A stretch of 42,841 nt of DNA from an uncultured Solibacteraceae bacterium (lineage in GTDB: Bacteria; Acidobacteriota; Terriglobia; Bryobacterales; Bryobacteraceae), in contig CAZKVF010000035.1 of the NCBI GenBank assembly GCA_964556085.1, forward strand, positions 1-42,841, given 5' to 3'. Below are positions 1 through 8,354 of the stretch, piece after piece. The stretch's first letter is position 1, and each line of letters begins with the position of its first letter. The position numbers and the translations under genes were made by a program. Under the pieces are notes generated by a model. It did no database searches. It was not told the origin of the DNA and worked only from the letters and a program-made list of their open reading frames with translations.

Positions 1-205
1 AGGCAACATTGGCATCGTCGTAGCGATGCGCCTTCCACAGGCTCTCCGCCTGCTCCAGCGTTTGCGCGGCGAGAGTGCCAGTTGAAGCAAGCCCGATCAG
101 AGCCGCGGCCGTAAGGGAATGGGAGAAAATCGATTTGGGCCACAGATGAACACGGATGAACGCGGATAGAACCGTCGTCGAATATCCGTGTTTATCTGTG
201 TCCAT
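1..205 (-). CDS. 5' part of a secreted, probably TPR-type protein (continues past the window edge)
   Basis: Only in-frame ATG is at 205-203. The translation contains a hydrophobic signal-like stretch (IFSHSLTAAALIGLASTGTLAAQ) followed by QTLEQAESLWKAHRYDDANVA. It is co-directional with the gene ending at 223, 17 nt downstream. The first ~22 codons overlap a palindromic repeat, so the start is doubtful. Confidence 0.35.
   Translation of the reverse strand, partial: MDTDKHGYSTTVLSAFIRVHLWPKSIFSHSLTAAALIGLASTGTLAAQTLEQAESLWKAHRYDDANVA
141..200. repeat. Inverted repeat with 17-nt arms (cacagatgaacacggat / atccgtgtttatctgtg), REP-like
   Basis: Arms 141-157 and 184-200 are reverse complements with one mismatch (G at 148 opposite T at 193). 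The left side also carries tandem gatgaacRcg units. Confidence 0.75.
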
Positions 206-222
206 CGGTGGCTTTTCAATTT

Positions 223-1197
223 TCACTTCTCCAGCTCCTCCTGCGTTTTGGCAAGCTCCACCAGCAGCGCCGCGAGCTGCTTCTTGTACTCCGGCTCGGG
301 CAAGGCAGCCTTGTCGTATTTCAGCTTGTCGATGGCCTGCTCCAGCTCCTCCTTCTTCGCCATCAGCTCGCGCTTGGCCGGATCGCGCGCCGCCGCGGCA
401 TTGGCCCCCAGGCGGATCATGGCAAAGCTCGATGCGAGCCGTCCCTCACCATTCTCGGCCGATGGGTTGCGCTCGCCCTCTCCCTTGCCGGTGTCTTCCA
501 GCACGGCATGCTCGGTGGCCAGGCGTTTCTGCGAATCGAAGAAGTCCGTGGTCTTACGCTCCGCGAACCGGAACGCTTCGAGCGCCGACACCGACTCGTT
601 CTTGTCCGAATCCGCCGCCGGATCGCGCAGCGCTTCCGCCCAATACCGCGCAAAGACCGTCGCGTTCTTTTCGGTACCCGCTTTGGTGGCGGTGATCAGA
701 ATCCTGTTCTTCTTTTGCAGAAGATTGATCGATCCGCCGCTGGAGCTGGTCATATTGACCACAAGCTGGCGGGAAGCCGGGATCTTATCCAACAGCGACG
801 CCAGTTCCGCGGCCGTAATATCCGGCCCGGGAATATTGAATTTGTACTCCACGCCGTCATAGGTGCCGTGGCCGATGAGCATTAACACGACGCCATCGTC
901 CGGCTTCGCTTGCCTCGCCACTTCGCCCAACTTGGAACGAATCTGCTCGCGCGTGGGCGCGACCATGGTGATCACGTTGGCATCGCCGCCTGACTTTTTC
1001 AGGCTGGTCTCGATATCTTCCGCCCACATTTTAAAGCGCTGTTCGTAATCCGGCTCGCCGCCGAGCCCCGAGATCGTCACATAAAACGTAGCAGCTGGGG
1101 CGGAGAGAGCGGCGACCATGAGCAGGATTGGCAGGCGGAAGCGCCTGCCCCACAAATTGGCAGGCGACAAGATCGCCTGCGCCACCGGCGGCTTCAT
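223..1197 (-). CDS. Exported legumain/caspase-fold (peptidase C13-like) protein with a C-terminal coiled coil; predicted catalytic Cys position is Ser
   Basis: ATG 1197 overlaps the upstream stop (ATGA). Signal-like RRFRLPILLMVAALSAPAA. LMLIGHG ... VVNMTSSSGGS lines up by eye with the legumain His-Gly and Ala-Cys-Glu-Ser-Gly motifs. An alternative in-frame TTG start lies at 1155. Confidence 0.6.
   Translation of the reverse strand: MKPPVAQAILSPANLWGRRFRLPILLMVAALSAPAATFYVTISGLGGEPDYEQRFKMWAEDIETSLKKSGGDANVITMVAPTREQIRSKLGEVARQAKPDDGVVLMLIGHGTYDGVEYKFNIPGPDITAAELASLLDKIPASRQLVVNMTSSSGGSINLLQKKNRILITATKAGTEKNATVFARYWAEALRDPAADSDKNESVSALEAFRFAERKTTDFFDSQKRLATEHAVLEDTGKGEGERNPSAENGEGRLASSFAMIRLGANAAAARDPAKRELMAKKEELEQAIDKLKYDKAALPEPEYKKQLAALLVELAKTQEELEK
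1160..1180. repeat. Copy of palindromic repeat family GGCGACAAGATCGCC(G/T)GCGCCAC
   Basis: 8-bp stem gcaggcga / tcgcctgc with loop caaga, followed by gcgccac. It lies 14 nt after the stop of the 1194-3479 gene. Confidence 0.8.
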
Positions 1198-3479
1198 ACA
1201 ACACCCCACCTTCTGCGCAGGACCCATTCTGCTGCCCGAATCCCCACTGCCAGCAGGAAGATAATCGGCATGTCCCACAAATCGCGCGTCTCGCGAGACG
1301 TGATCCCGGCTTCCGAGTACGTAATTTCGCTCGCCAGCTTGGACGCATCCTCAGGCGTAAAGTACCGCCCCCCGGTCTGCTCCGAAAGCTTTTGCAGCAG
1401 TTCCTTGTTCTGGCCCGTATGAAAATTCTCAGCCACTCCGTCTTCGCGCCGGAACGTCAACGCATCGCGGCCCACCTCTTCCTGTTCCTCGCCGGCGATG
1501 ATCTCGGTGACGTAGGTGCCCGGCTTCTCCGCAGTCCACTCTCCGGCGTAAATGCCCTCTTCGCCTGGCACCGGCGAAAGCTCTACTGTGGCCGACGACC
1601 CATCCGGGCTCAGAAACCGCGCCTGCACCTTGGCAGTGTTGAGCGGCTTGTACTCCTTGTCGCGCACTTCCACTCGGACCGGCACGTGCGTCTCATCGGC
1701 CAGCAGGGTCTTGGGAGTGGTCGCGGTCACCTGCCCCGGCGTCTCCGTCACGAGATAGCGGAACATCTGCTGCCAGAAAGTGGCGTGGGTCTTGTCGTTG
1801 TGGTCGAGCGACATTTTCCAGCGCCAACTTCCGGATGTGGCGAAGACTGCCGTGCGGCCTCGCCCATAATTCTCGGTGACCAGCAGCGGCACCGGCGCAT
1901 GCGAACTCGGGTTGGCTGTCAGCAAGGTTGTGGCGCCGGGCTTCTGCTCGCCTACCTCCTGCCAGTTGTAAATTTTGGGGATTTCCTTCCACCGCTGGAG
2001 GTTCCGCTCCGGTTTTTCATCCAGCCGCGTCAGAATGCTTTCTCGTCCTGCCTGGGTAAGCTCCACGGGCGTGAAATCCATCTGGTGGAAGGTGCCTTTG
2101 TTCCCAGACAGCTTTACCGGGATCAGGTCCGCCAGTGTCGAGACGTTCTGATAGCCGCCGTCCGAAAGGCTGGCACGCCCACCCATGAAAAGGGCTCCGC
2201 CCCCTCGGCGGTCAACGAAATCATGGATCAACTGCTGCTGTGTCGGCGTGAAGTAACTGGCCTCCACGTTATCGATCATCAAACCCTGAAACTTGAACAG
2301 GTCCTCGGCTTTTGAAGGAAATCCGTCCTCCAGTTCCTTGGGATCTTTAGGGAAACCGGGCGGGCAATCCGGCGCCGGGCAGGGCTGGCGGTAGATCTTA
2401 TTCTGCGTGGGCCGCACCATCCCGAACAGAACGATATCGGGGTTGTCGTCCATGGCGCGACGCACAAACTTGTACTCCCACTGCGGCTCACCATCGATAT
2501 ACAGGATGCGTGGTTTGCGCGCCTCCACATTGATCAGGCGGTTCAGCTTGTTGTTGAGAGCGTTGTCCTCGTTCGAAAGCGGTTCGGCCGCGATTTCGAG
2601 GGTCTTTGGACCCGCGGCCCCGCAATTGAAGACCACCGTTTCGGTCTGCGTGACGCCGTCGCCTTTCAACGTCACCTCCTGCGAAGCCAGCACGTTTGCG
2701 CCATCGCGGACCACCAGCTTGGTCTTGCCTCCCGAAAGCCCGTAGCTCTGCAAAGTGACGAGGGCGGTGAGCCGCGATTGCGGCAGCGCCCGGGCCGGCA
2801 CAATGGCATCGCTGATCTCGATATCCCGCGCAGGATGCTCCCGGCCAAAACCCACGGTGTGAACCGGGATATTTTGCCGACGGATGGCTGCAATCGTCTG
2901 AGCGTCGATACCGCCGGAATTATCCGCTCCATCGCTCAGCAGCACGATGGCCCCAAGCGGCAACGAGGAGGATTCCGCCAGCACCCGGTCGAGGCTGTTG
3001 CCAATGCGCGTAGCGGGGGCCGACGCGGTCAAGCCTTCGGTCTTTTGAATCCGCTCGGGTTCCGTTCCAAACTTATAAAGGCGTACCTGGAATTTCTCTC
3101 CCAGCGACTTCAGCAGTCCGCTATCCAATACGGCCTGTGCGCGCGCCAGCCGAGTGCCGCCGGAATCGCTGATGGTCATACTGTGCGAATCGTCCAGCAG
3201 CACGGCCACTACGTTCTGCTGCGGGCGCAGCGTGGCGACGCTGAGGGCGGGGTGCCAGAGCAAAAACAGAATGAGGGCGATCAAACAGCTCTCCAGCAGC
3301 CAGATAATGCCTGGCCGCCAGCCCGAAAGCATGCCGTGATTGCGGCGCACGTGCCAAAAGAGCAGCACTGCCGCGACCAGAATGGCGATTCCCAACAGCC
3401 ATAGCGGCCACGGCGTTAGCAGTACGAATTTGCCCTTTTGGAACAGGCTGGCCGGATACTTGAACAGCAGCTCAAACAT
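1194..3479 (-). CDS. vWA-domain membrane protein (Bat-like N-terminal TM region, large extracytoplasmic region, C-terminal TM)
   Basis: N-terminal TM helices. MIDAS-type DxSxS motif (LLDDSHSMT) with vWA context (IVLLSDGADNSG). Start chosen at MFELLFKYP (ATG 3479) with AGGTG upstream. Confidence 0.8.
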   Translation of the reverse strand: MFELLFKYPASLFQKGKFVLLTPWPLWLLGIAILVAAVLLFWHVRRNHGMLSGWRPGIIWLLESCLIALILFLLWHPALSVATLRPQQNVVAVLLDDSHSMTISDSGGTRLARAQAVLDSGLLKSLGEKFQVRLYKFGTEPERIQKTEGLTASAPATRIGNSLDRVLAESSSLPLGAIVLLSDGADNSGGIDAQTIAAIRRQNIPVHTVGFGREHPARDIEISDAIVPARALPQSRLTALVTLQSYGLSGGKTKLVVRDGANVLASQEVTLKGDGVTQTETVVFNCGAAGPKTLEIAAEPLSNEDNALNNKLNRLINVEARKPRILYIDGEPQWEYKFVRRAMDDNPDIVLFGMVRPTQNKIYRQPCPAPDCPPGFPKDPKELEDGFPSKAEDLFKFQGLMIDNVEASYFTPTQQQLIHDFVDRRGGGALFMGGRASLSDGGYQNVSTLADLIPVKLSGNKGTFHQMDFTPVELTQAGRESILTRLDEKPERNLQRWKEIPKIYNWQEVGEQKPGATTLLTANPSSHAPVPLLVTENYGRGRTAVFATSGSWRWKMSLDHNDKTHATFWQQMFRYLVTETPGQVTATTPKTLLADETHVPVRVEVRDKEYKPLNTAKVQARFLSPDGSSATVELSPVPGEEGIYAGEWTAEKPGTYVTEIIAGEEQEEVGRDALTFRREDGVAENFHTGQNKELLQKLSEQTGGRYFTPEDASKLASEITYSEAGITSRETRDLWDMPIIFLLAVGIRAAEWVLRRRWGVV

Positions 3480-3635
3480 GGCACCTACATTTAAATGACA
3501 ATACCACCTGGGACGCAACTACAGGAGTTTTCAGGTACCAGCAACTGGGGCCTGCGGCGGGGAATGGTCATGCGGACACATGCTTTGCCCTCTTATGTGA
3601 CTCAGGATAGCACGCGCTGTTATGCTGTTGGGCTT

Positions 3636-4118
3636 ATGGAACTCAAGCTCGTGCCACTCGAGATCCCCGAGGGCGGCAATCTCATCCTGGGCCAGACGCA
3701 CTTCATCAAAACTGTCGAGGACGTCTACGAAGCTATCGTCAACACCGTCCCGCAAATGAAATTCGGGGTCGCGTTCAACGAGGCCTCCGGGCCCTGCCTC
3801 ACCCGGATCGATGGCAACGACGAAGCGTTGAAAGCCATGGCCCAACGAAACGCCACCGCGCTGGCAGCCGGCCACGTGTTCGTGGTGGTTATGCGCGAGG
3901 GTTATCCGATCAACGTGCTGGGGCGCATCAAAGACGTCCCCGAAGTTTGTACCATCTACTGCGCCACGGCGAACCCCGTCCAGGCAGTGGTGGCCGAAGG
4001 CGAACACGGCCGCGGAGTGTTAGGCGTCATCGATGGCGTTGTTCCTAAAGGCGTCGAAACCGCCGCGGACGCCGAAAAGCGCCGCCAGTTCCTGCGAACT
4101 ATCGGCTACAAGCGCTGA
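3636..4118 (+). CDS. Adenosine-specific kinase family protein (PF04008-like)
   Basis: GQTHFIKTVEDVYEA...KFGVAFNEASG...AGHVFVV...YPINVLGRIKDVPEV...ATANP matches the family as I remember it. Start taken at MELKLV, giving ~160 aa. Confidence 0.8.
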   Translation: MELKLVPLEIPEGGNLILGQTHFIKTVEDVYEAIVNTVPQMKFGVAFNEASGPCLTRIDGNDEALKAMAQRNATALAAGHVFVVVMREGYPINVLGRIKDVPEVCTIYCATANPVQAVVAEGEHGRGVLGVIDGVVPKGVETAADAEKRRQFLRTIGYKR

Positions 4119-4125
4119 AGGGCTT

Positions 4126-4920
4126 TCACTCCACCCGCACTCCGCCGCTCCCCGTGGAAAGCTCGAGCAACGGCCCACCGCCCCGAATCTTGCCACGCAC
4201 ATCGCGACGGCCGCCGGAAAAGTTCTCCATGATGATCGGAGGGTTGACGGTCACCTGGCCTGAGCCGGTACGGGCATGGAGGTCGAAGCCGCCAGCCGAG
4301 GCGAGCTGAATATTGACCCCGCCCGAGCCGGTCCGTGCCGATACCGCTTCCGCAACGCTGCCGGCCCGAATAGTGCCGCTCCCGGTATCGGCTTCCACCC
4401 GGCCCTTTATCCTGTCGAGCTCGATGCCACCGGAGCCCGTGCTCGCGCGCACCTCGTCGCCAACATCAGTGATCCGGATTCCACCTGACCCTGTGCGCGC
4501 TTCCACGGGTCCCTGGATGCCCTCGACAGTCTGGCTGCCAGAACCGGTTCGCGAGCGCAGCTTGCTAGACGAAGGTGTTTCGATTTCGTACGAAATCGAG
4601 ATCCCGCGTCCCGCGCTGTCGTCCAACTGGCCGATGCGAATCGCGTTTCCGGTCTGTTGGATAGGTGGATTGGCTTGAATCTCACGGGCGCGCTGCTCGG
4701 TGGCCGCATCCGCAAAATCCGAGATGTTGATAATGCCACGAACATGAACACTGTTCCCGGCGCCGGACCGGACCGAAATGTGGCCAGAGCCGGTTTGGAC
4801 ATCCAGGTCGGCGGCCCCGGCCACGGTGAGGACACGGTCGAAGGTCCCGGCCTCCCGCGCGAAAGCGGGCGCGGCTAACAAAATCAATGGCAACACGGCG
4901 AAACGGCGAATGCCCTGCAT
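4126..4920 (-). CDS. Exported DUF4097-type beta-helical repeat protein
   Basis: Signal peptide MQGIRRFAVLPLILLAAPAFA. Eight TGSG(G/S/Q/H/T)(I/V) repeat units. Confidence 0.75.
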   Translation of the reverse strand: MQGIRRFAVLPLILLAAPAFAREAGTFDRVLTVAGAADLDVQTGSGHISVRSGAGNSVHVRGIINISDFADAATEQRAREIQANPPIQQTGNAIRIGQLDDSAGRGISISYEIETPSSSKLRSRTGSGSQTVEGIQGPVEARTGSGGIRITDVGDEVRASTGSGGIELDRIKGRVEADTGSGTIRAGSVAEAVSARTGSGGVNIQLASAGGFDLHARTGSGQVTVNPPIIMENFSGGRRDVRGKIRGGGPLLELSTGSGGVRVE

Positions 4921-5015
4921 GAGATCCTCCTGTGATGGCTTACTGACGCAATATGAAGCGAAACGTTAGCCGGGCATGATAAACTAGAGTCCTCGCTCCC
5001 ACATACATAGATAGA

Positions 5016-5606
5016 ATGCTGCTGGCCAGAGAGTTTGTCGCCTATCTTTCCAAACAATTGGTTGCGAAACTGATTCCCGGAATCATCGAAACCCCTTCGC
5101 CAGACATCGTCGCAGGCAAGGTCGCCGATTTGATTTCTAACGAACTGGCGATTGAAGACCGGCTCAATGATGAAGTGCGCGACCTCCTCAGCCAGTACAG
5201 CGAGTACATGCGCCGAGAGGGCGTCAGCTACCAGGAGATGTTCCGCCGCATCAAGAACACCCTCATCACGCAGCGCAAGGTCATCCGCGCCTCGGGCCGG
5301 GACACCGGCGACGCCATGAAACTTTCCCGCGACAAAGTCACGGATATTTCACACAAATTGGTTGACATGCTGCGCAAGAGCCACGAGCTGCGAGTGAAGG
5401 ATAAGAATCCAAACAACGTCCGGCTCGAGATCGTCAGGATTATGACGGAGATTCTGATGGCGGAAGACAAGGTGGACCGCACGGCCCGCCAGAAGGTCCG
5501 TTCCCAAAAGCGCGAAATCCCAGAGGGCAGCGAAGAATGGGACCTGCTGCACCGCCGGTACTATTCCGAAGAATTAAAGAAGCTGGGCATCGACCTGGCT
5601 AAATAG
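5016..5606 (+). CDS. DUF507 family protein (two tandem DUF507-like halves)
   Basis: Both halves are charged helical sequence of DUF507 type (LAIEDRLNDEVRDLLSQY...; LMAEDKVDRTARQKVRSQKREI...). Confidence 0.65.
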   Translation: MLLAREFVAYLSKQLVAKLIPGIIETPSPDIVAGKVADLISNELAIEDRLNDEVRDLLSQYSEYMRREGVSYQEMFRRIKNTLITQRKVIRASGRDTGDAMKLSRDKVTDISHKLVDMLRKSHELRVKDKNPNNVRLEIVRIMTEILMAEDKVDRTARQKVRSQKREIPEGSEEWDLLHRRYYSEELKKLGIDLAK

Positions 5607-5656
5607 AGGGCGGCAGGAAACAGGGGCCAAAGCCCTATCAAGCTTGTCCATTCTAC

Positions 5657-5676
5657 GGCACGGCTAAAGCCATGCC
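5657..5676. terminator. Hairpin between convergent genes (ggcacggc-taaa-gccatgcc)
   Basis: 8-bp stem with one mismatch and a 4-nt loop, between the DUF507 stop (5606) and the SDR stop (5694). There is no clear U-tract, so it may be a REP-type element rather than a terminator. Confidence 0.35.
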
Positions 5677-5693
5677 CTGATACAAGATTCTGG

Positions 5694-6461
5694 CTAGAGC
5701 AGGTCGATGGGCGACATGCGTCCGCCATCGATCACCAGCACCTGCCCGGTGATATACGACGCGCGGTCGCTCGCCAATAGCACCGCCATTTCCGCCACCT
5801 CGGCGGGCTCACCCAAGTGGCGGATCGGCTGGCGTTCCAGGATTTGCGTGAGCTTATTCTCGTCCTTCCAGTAATACTCGCTGAGAACCGTACGGATCAG
5901 CCCCGGCGCGATGGCGTTCACACGCACGCCGCTGGGACCGAGTTCCTGCGCGTACGATTTCGTCATCATGATCAGGGCCGCTTTGGTCATGCTGTACAGC
6001 ATGCCGTGATACTGCGGCCGCAGCCCGGATATCGAAGCGATATTGATGATGGACCCGGAGCCGCGCGCGCACATCCCCAGCGCCACTGCCTGCATCAGCC
6101 GGAAGGCGCTCTTCAGGTTGATCTCGATCATCTTGTCGAACTTGACTTCATCCACCTGGAGCACCGGCTCCTGAGCAATGTTCGTGGCCGCGTTGTTCAC
6201 CAGGATATCGATGCGGCCGAATTGCCGCACCGTGGTTTCGACCAGGGCCTGAATGTCCGCCGGACGACCCACGTGGCAGACCACCGGCAGCACTCTCCCT
6301 ACAAAGGCCTCGCATTCCCGGGCAACTTCGTTCAGGCTTTCCTGCTTCCGCCCGCAGATCGCAATCGCGGCGCCCTCGCGCGCAAAGGCCTGCGCAATGG
6401 CTTTGCCGATGCCGCGGCTCGCGCCGGTGACGATGGCGACCTTGTTTTGAAGGGCCGGCAT
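5694..6461 (-). CDS. Short-chain dehydrogenase/reductase (classical SDR)
   Basis: TGASRGIGKAIA, NNAATN and YSMTKAAL (YxxxK) motifs. Confidence 0.9.
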   Translation of the reverse strand: MPALQNKVAIVTGASRGIGKAIAQAFAREGAAIAICGRKQESLNEVARECEAFVGRVLPVVCHVGRPADIQALVETTVRQFGRIDILVNNAATNIAQEPVLQVDEVKFDKMIEINLKSAFRLMQAVALGMCARGSGSIINIASISGLRPQYHGMLYSMTKAALIMMTKSYAQELGPSGVRVNAIAPGLIRTVLSEYYWKDENKLTQILERQPIRHLGEPAEVAEMAVLLASDRASYITGQVLVIDGGRMSPIDLL

Positions 6462-6464
6462 CAG

Positions 6465-8240
6465 CTACAGAACATAGCGCTCGCGGGCTAATAGCCGGCC
6501 GGCTAACTGACGCCGCAGGAGCACCGAATCCACGGGTTCGTAACTGGCCAGATACCGCAGCCGCGCCAGGTTTGCGCGCAGCGCCTCGCCTGCCACACAC
6601 GTCCCCAGGACATTTCGCGCTGCCGCTTCGATCCGTGCCATGGCGTCGCGCAGAAAGACGGAGCACATCGCCCCGGCCGCTGAGTCATGTCCTCCCGTTG
6701 CGAGTTTACAGGTCCGGAGGAAAACCGATTCCATGGCGAACGTCTCCGTCAGAATGTCCGCAATGGACATCAGCACTTCCTGCTGCTTCTCCAGTGAGTC
6801 GGCGTATTTCTCATATGCCAGGGCAAGAGCGAGTAAGCCGACATTTTTGGCGTTCGCCACCAGGAGACTATCCTCGCCGCCGCCAGCCGGCTGCCGCAAA
6901 CCTGCCGTGCCGCTCATCACCTCGGCTCGCAGCCTCTCGATCGCCGGCATCAGTGCAAGCTGCCCGCGCGCGGCGCGCTTCAGAAGCATGCCGCAGATCA
7001 CCAGCCGGTTGATCTCGTTGGTGCCTTCGAAAATGCGATGGATGCGTGCATCGCGATACGCCCGCTCTACCGCGTAATCCTGGTGATACCCGTAGCCGCC
7101 GTGGATCTGCACGCCTTCGTCCGCCACGTAGCCGAGCATCTCCGAAGCGTAGACTTTCACCATCGAACACTCAGCCGCATACTCTTCCACCGCCCGGAGC
7201 ATAGTTTTCGACGCATCGGGCCGGCCCCACGAAAAATCCTCGAGGTGACTTTCGACCTGGCCCACGACGCGCCAGATTATGGATTCCGCGGCGAACATGC
7301 GGATCGCCATTTCAGCCAGCTTGTGCTGGATCGCGCCAAACTCAGCAATGGCGAAGCCGAACGCCTTGCGCTCCTTGGCGTATGCCAGCGAGGCCGCTAG
7401 TATCGACTTCGCGGCGCCCAGGGCACCCGCGCCCAGTTTCAGCCGCCCGACATTCAAAACGTTGAGCGCGATAATATGGCCGCGTCCGATCTCACCAAGC
7501 ACGTTTTCCACCGGCACGGGCACATTGTCGAAATAGAGCGCCGTGGTGGAGCTGCCCTTCAGCCCCATTTTGTGTTCTTCAGCGCCGCTCTTGACGCCGA
7601 AAGCGCGCTCCACCAGAAAGGCCGTGAAGTGCTCGCCGCCCACTTTGGCAAAAACCGTGAAGAGGTCGGCTTCACCACCGTTGGTGATCCACATCTTCTG
7701 GCCGTTGAGAAGGTAGAATTTGCCGTCGGGACTCAAGTCAGCACGCGTACGCGCGGCCAAAGCATCGGAGCCGGCTTGCGGTTCCGTCAGCGCGTACGCG
7801 CCCAGCATCTCCATGCTGGCCAGCTTGGGAAGATATTTCCTCTTCTGCTGTTCGCTGCCGAAATACAGCACCGGCAAGGTTCCGATGCCCGTGTGGCCGG
7901 AGTGCCAGCCGGAATATGAGCCGTCACGTCCGAGGTGCTCCGTGGCTATCACTTCAGACGCGAGATCGAGTTCCATGCCTCCGAATTCCTCGGGGATCCC
8001 GATTGCGGTCAGGCCGATTGCTGCCGCCCTGCGCAGCACGTCTCGCACAACCCCGCGCTCCTGCTGCCTGATGGCCGGCAGATTCGGCTCCACTTCCCTG
8101 CCCCAAAATTCATCCACAGTCCGCGCGATGGCTCGATGCTGCTCGCTCAAATCTTCGGCCGTGAAGATTTCAGCAGCCGCGCGGTCTTCAATCAGGAAGG
8201 ATCCGCCTCTGGTGAGTGGAAGTGCGGTGGTGGCGGGCAT
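6465..8240 (-). CDS. Acyl-CoA dehydrogenase, long form with C-terminal extension
   Basis: LTEPQAGSDA, KMWITNGG and IHGGYGY...ERAYRDARI..IFEGTNEI motifs. 591 aa. A 3-nt gap separates it from the downstream SDR. Confidence 0.9.
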   Translation of the reverse strand: MPATTALPLTRGGSFLIEDRAAAEIFTAEDLSEQHRAIARTVDEFWGREVEPNLPAIRQQERGVVRDVLRRAAAIGLTAIGIPEEFGGMELDLASEVIATEHLGRDGSYSGWHSGHTGIGTLPVLYFGSEQQKRKYLPKLASMEMLGAYALTEPQAGSDALAARTRADLSPDGKFYLLNGQKMWITNGGEADLFTVFAKVGGEHFTAFLVERAFGVKSGAEEHKMGLKGSSTTALYFDNVPVPVENVLGEIGRGHIIALNVLNVGRLKLGAGALGAAKSILAASLAYAKERKAFGFAIAEFGAIQHKLAEMAIRMFAAESIIWRVVGQVESHLEDFSWGRPDASKTMLRAVEEYAAECSMVKVYASEMLGYVADEGVQIHGGYGYHQDYAVERAYRDARIHRIFEGTNEINRLVICGMLLKRAARGQLALMPAIERLRAEVMSGTAGLRQPAGGGEDSLLVANAKNVGLLALALAYEKYADSLEKQQEVLMSIADILTETFAMESVFLRTCKLATGGHDSAAGAMCSVFLRDAMARIEAAARNVLGTCVAGEALRANLARLRYLASYEPVDSVLLRRQLAGRLLARERYVL

Positions 8241-8354
8241 GGCTTTTTCAGAGTATCAGCACCACGGGCCTGAGAGCCGCAAGGTCAGCTCAGCTTGTCT
8301 CTATTTTGTGCCCCGAACCGGCCTGCGCTGGAATCGGGCAACCACGATCCCGTG

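Noticed and set aside
1128-2315. 395-aa + strand ORF (and several others in 156-3404) opposite the vWA and legumain-like genes
   Set aside because: Arg/Pro/Gly/His-rich translations with no recognisable motifs. They lie antisense to genes with clear domain signatures. This is the typical long antisense ORF of GC-rich DNA.
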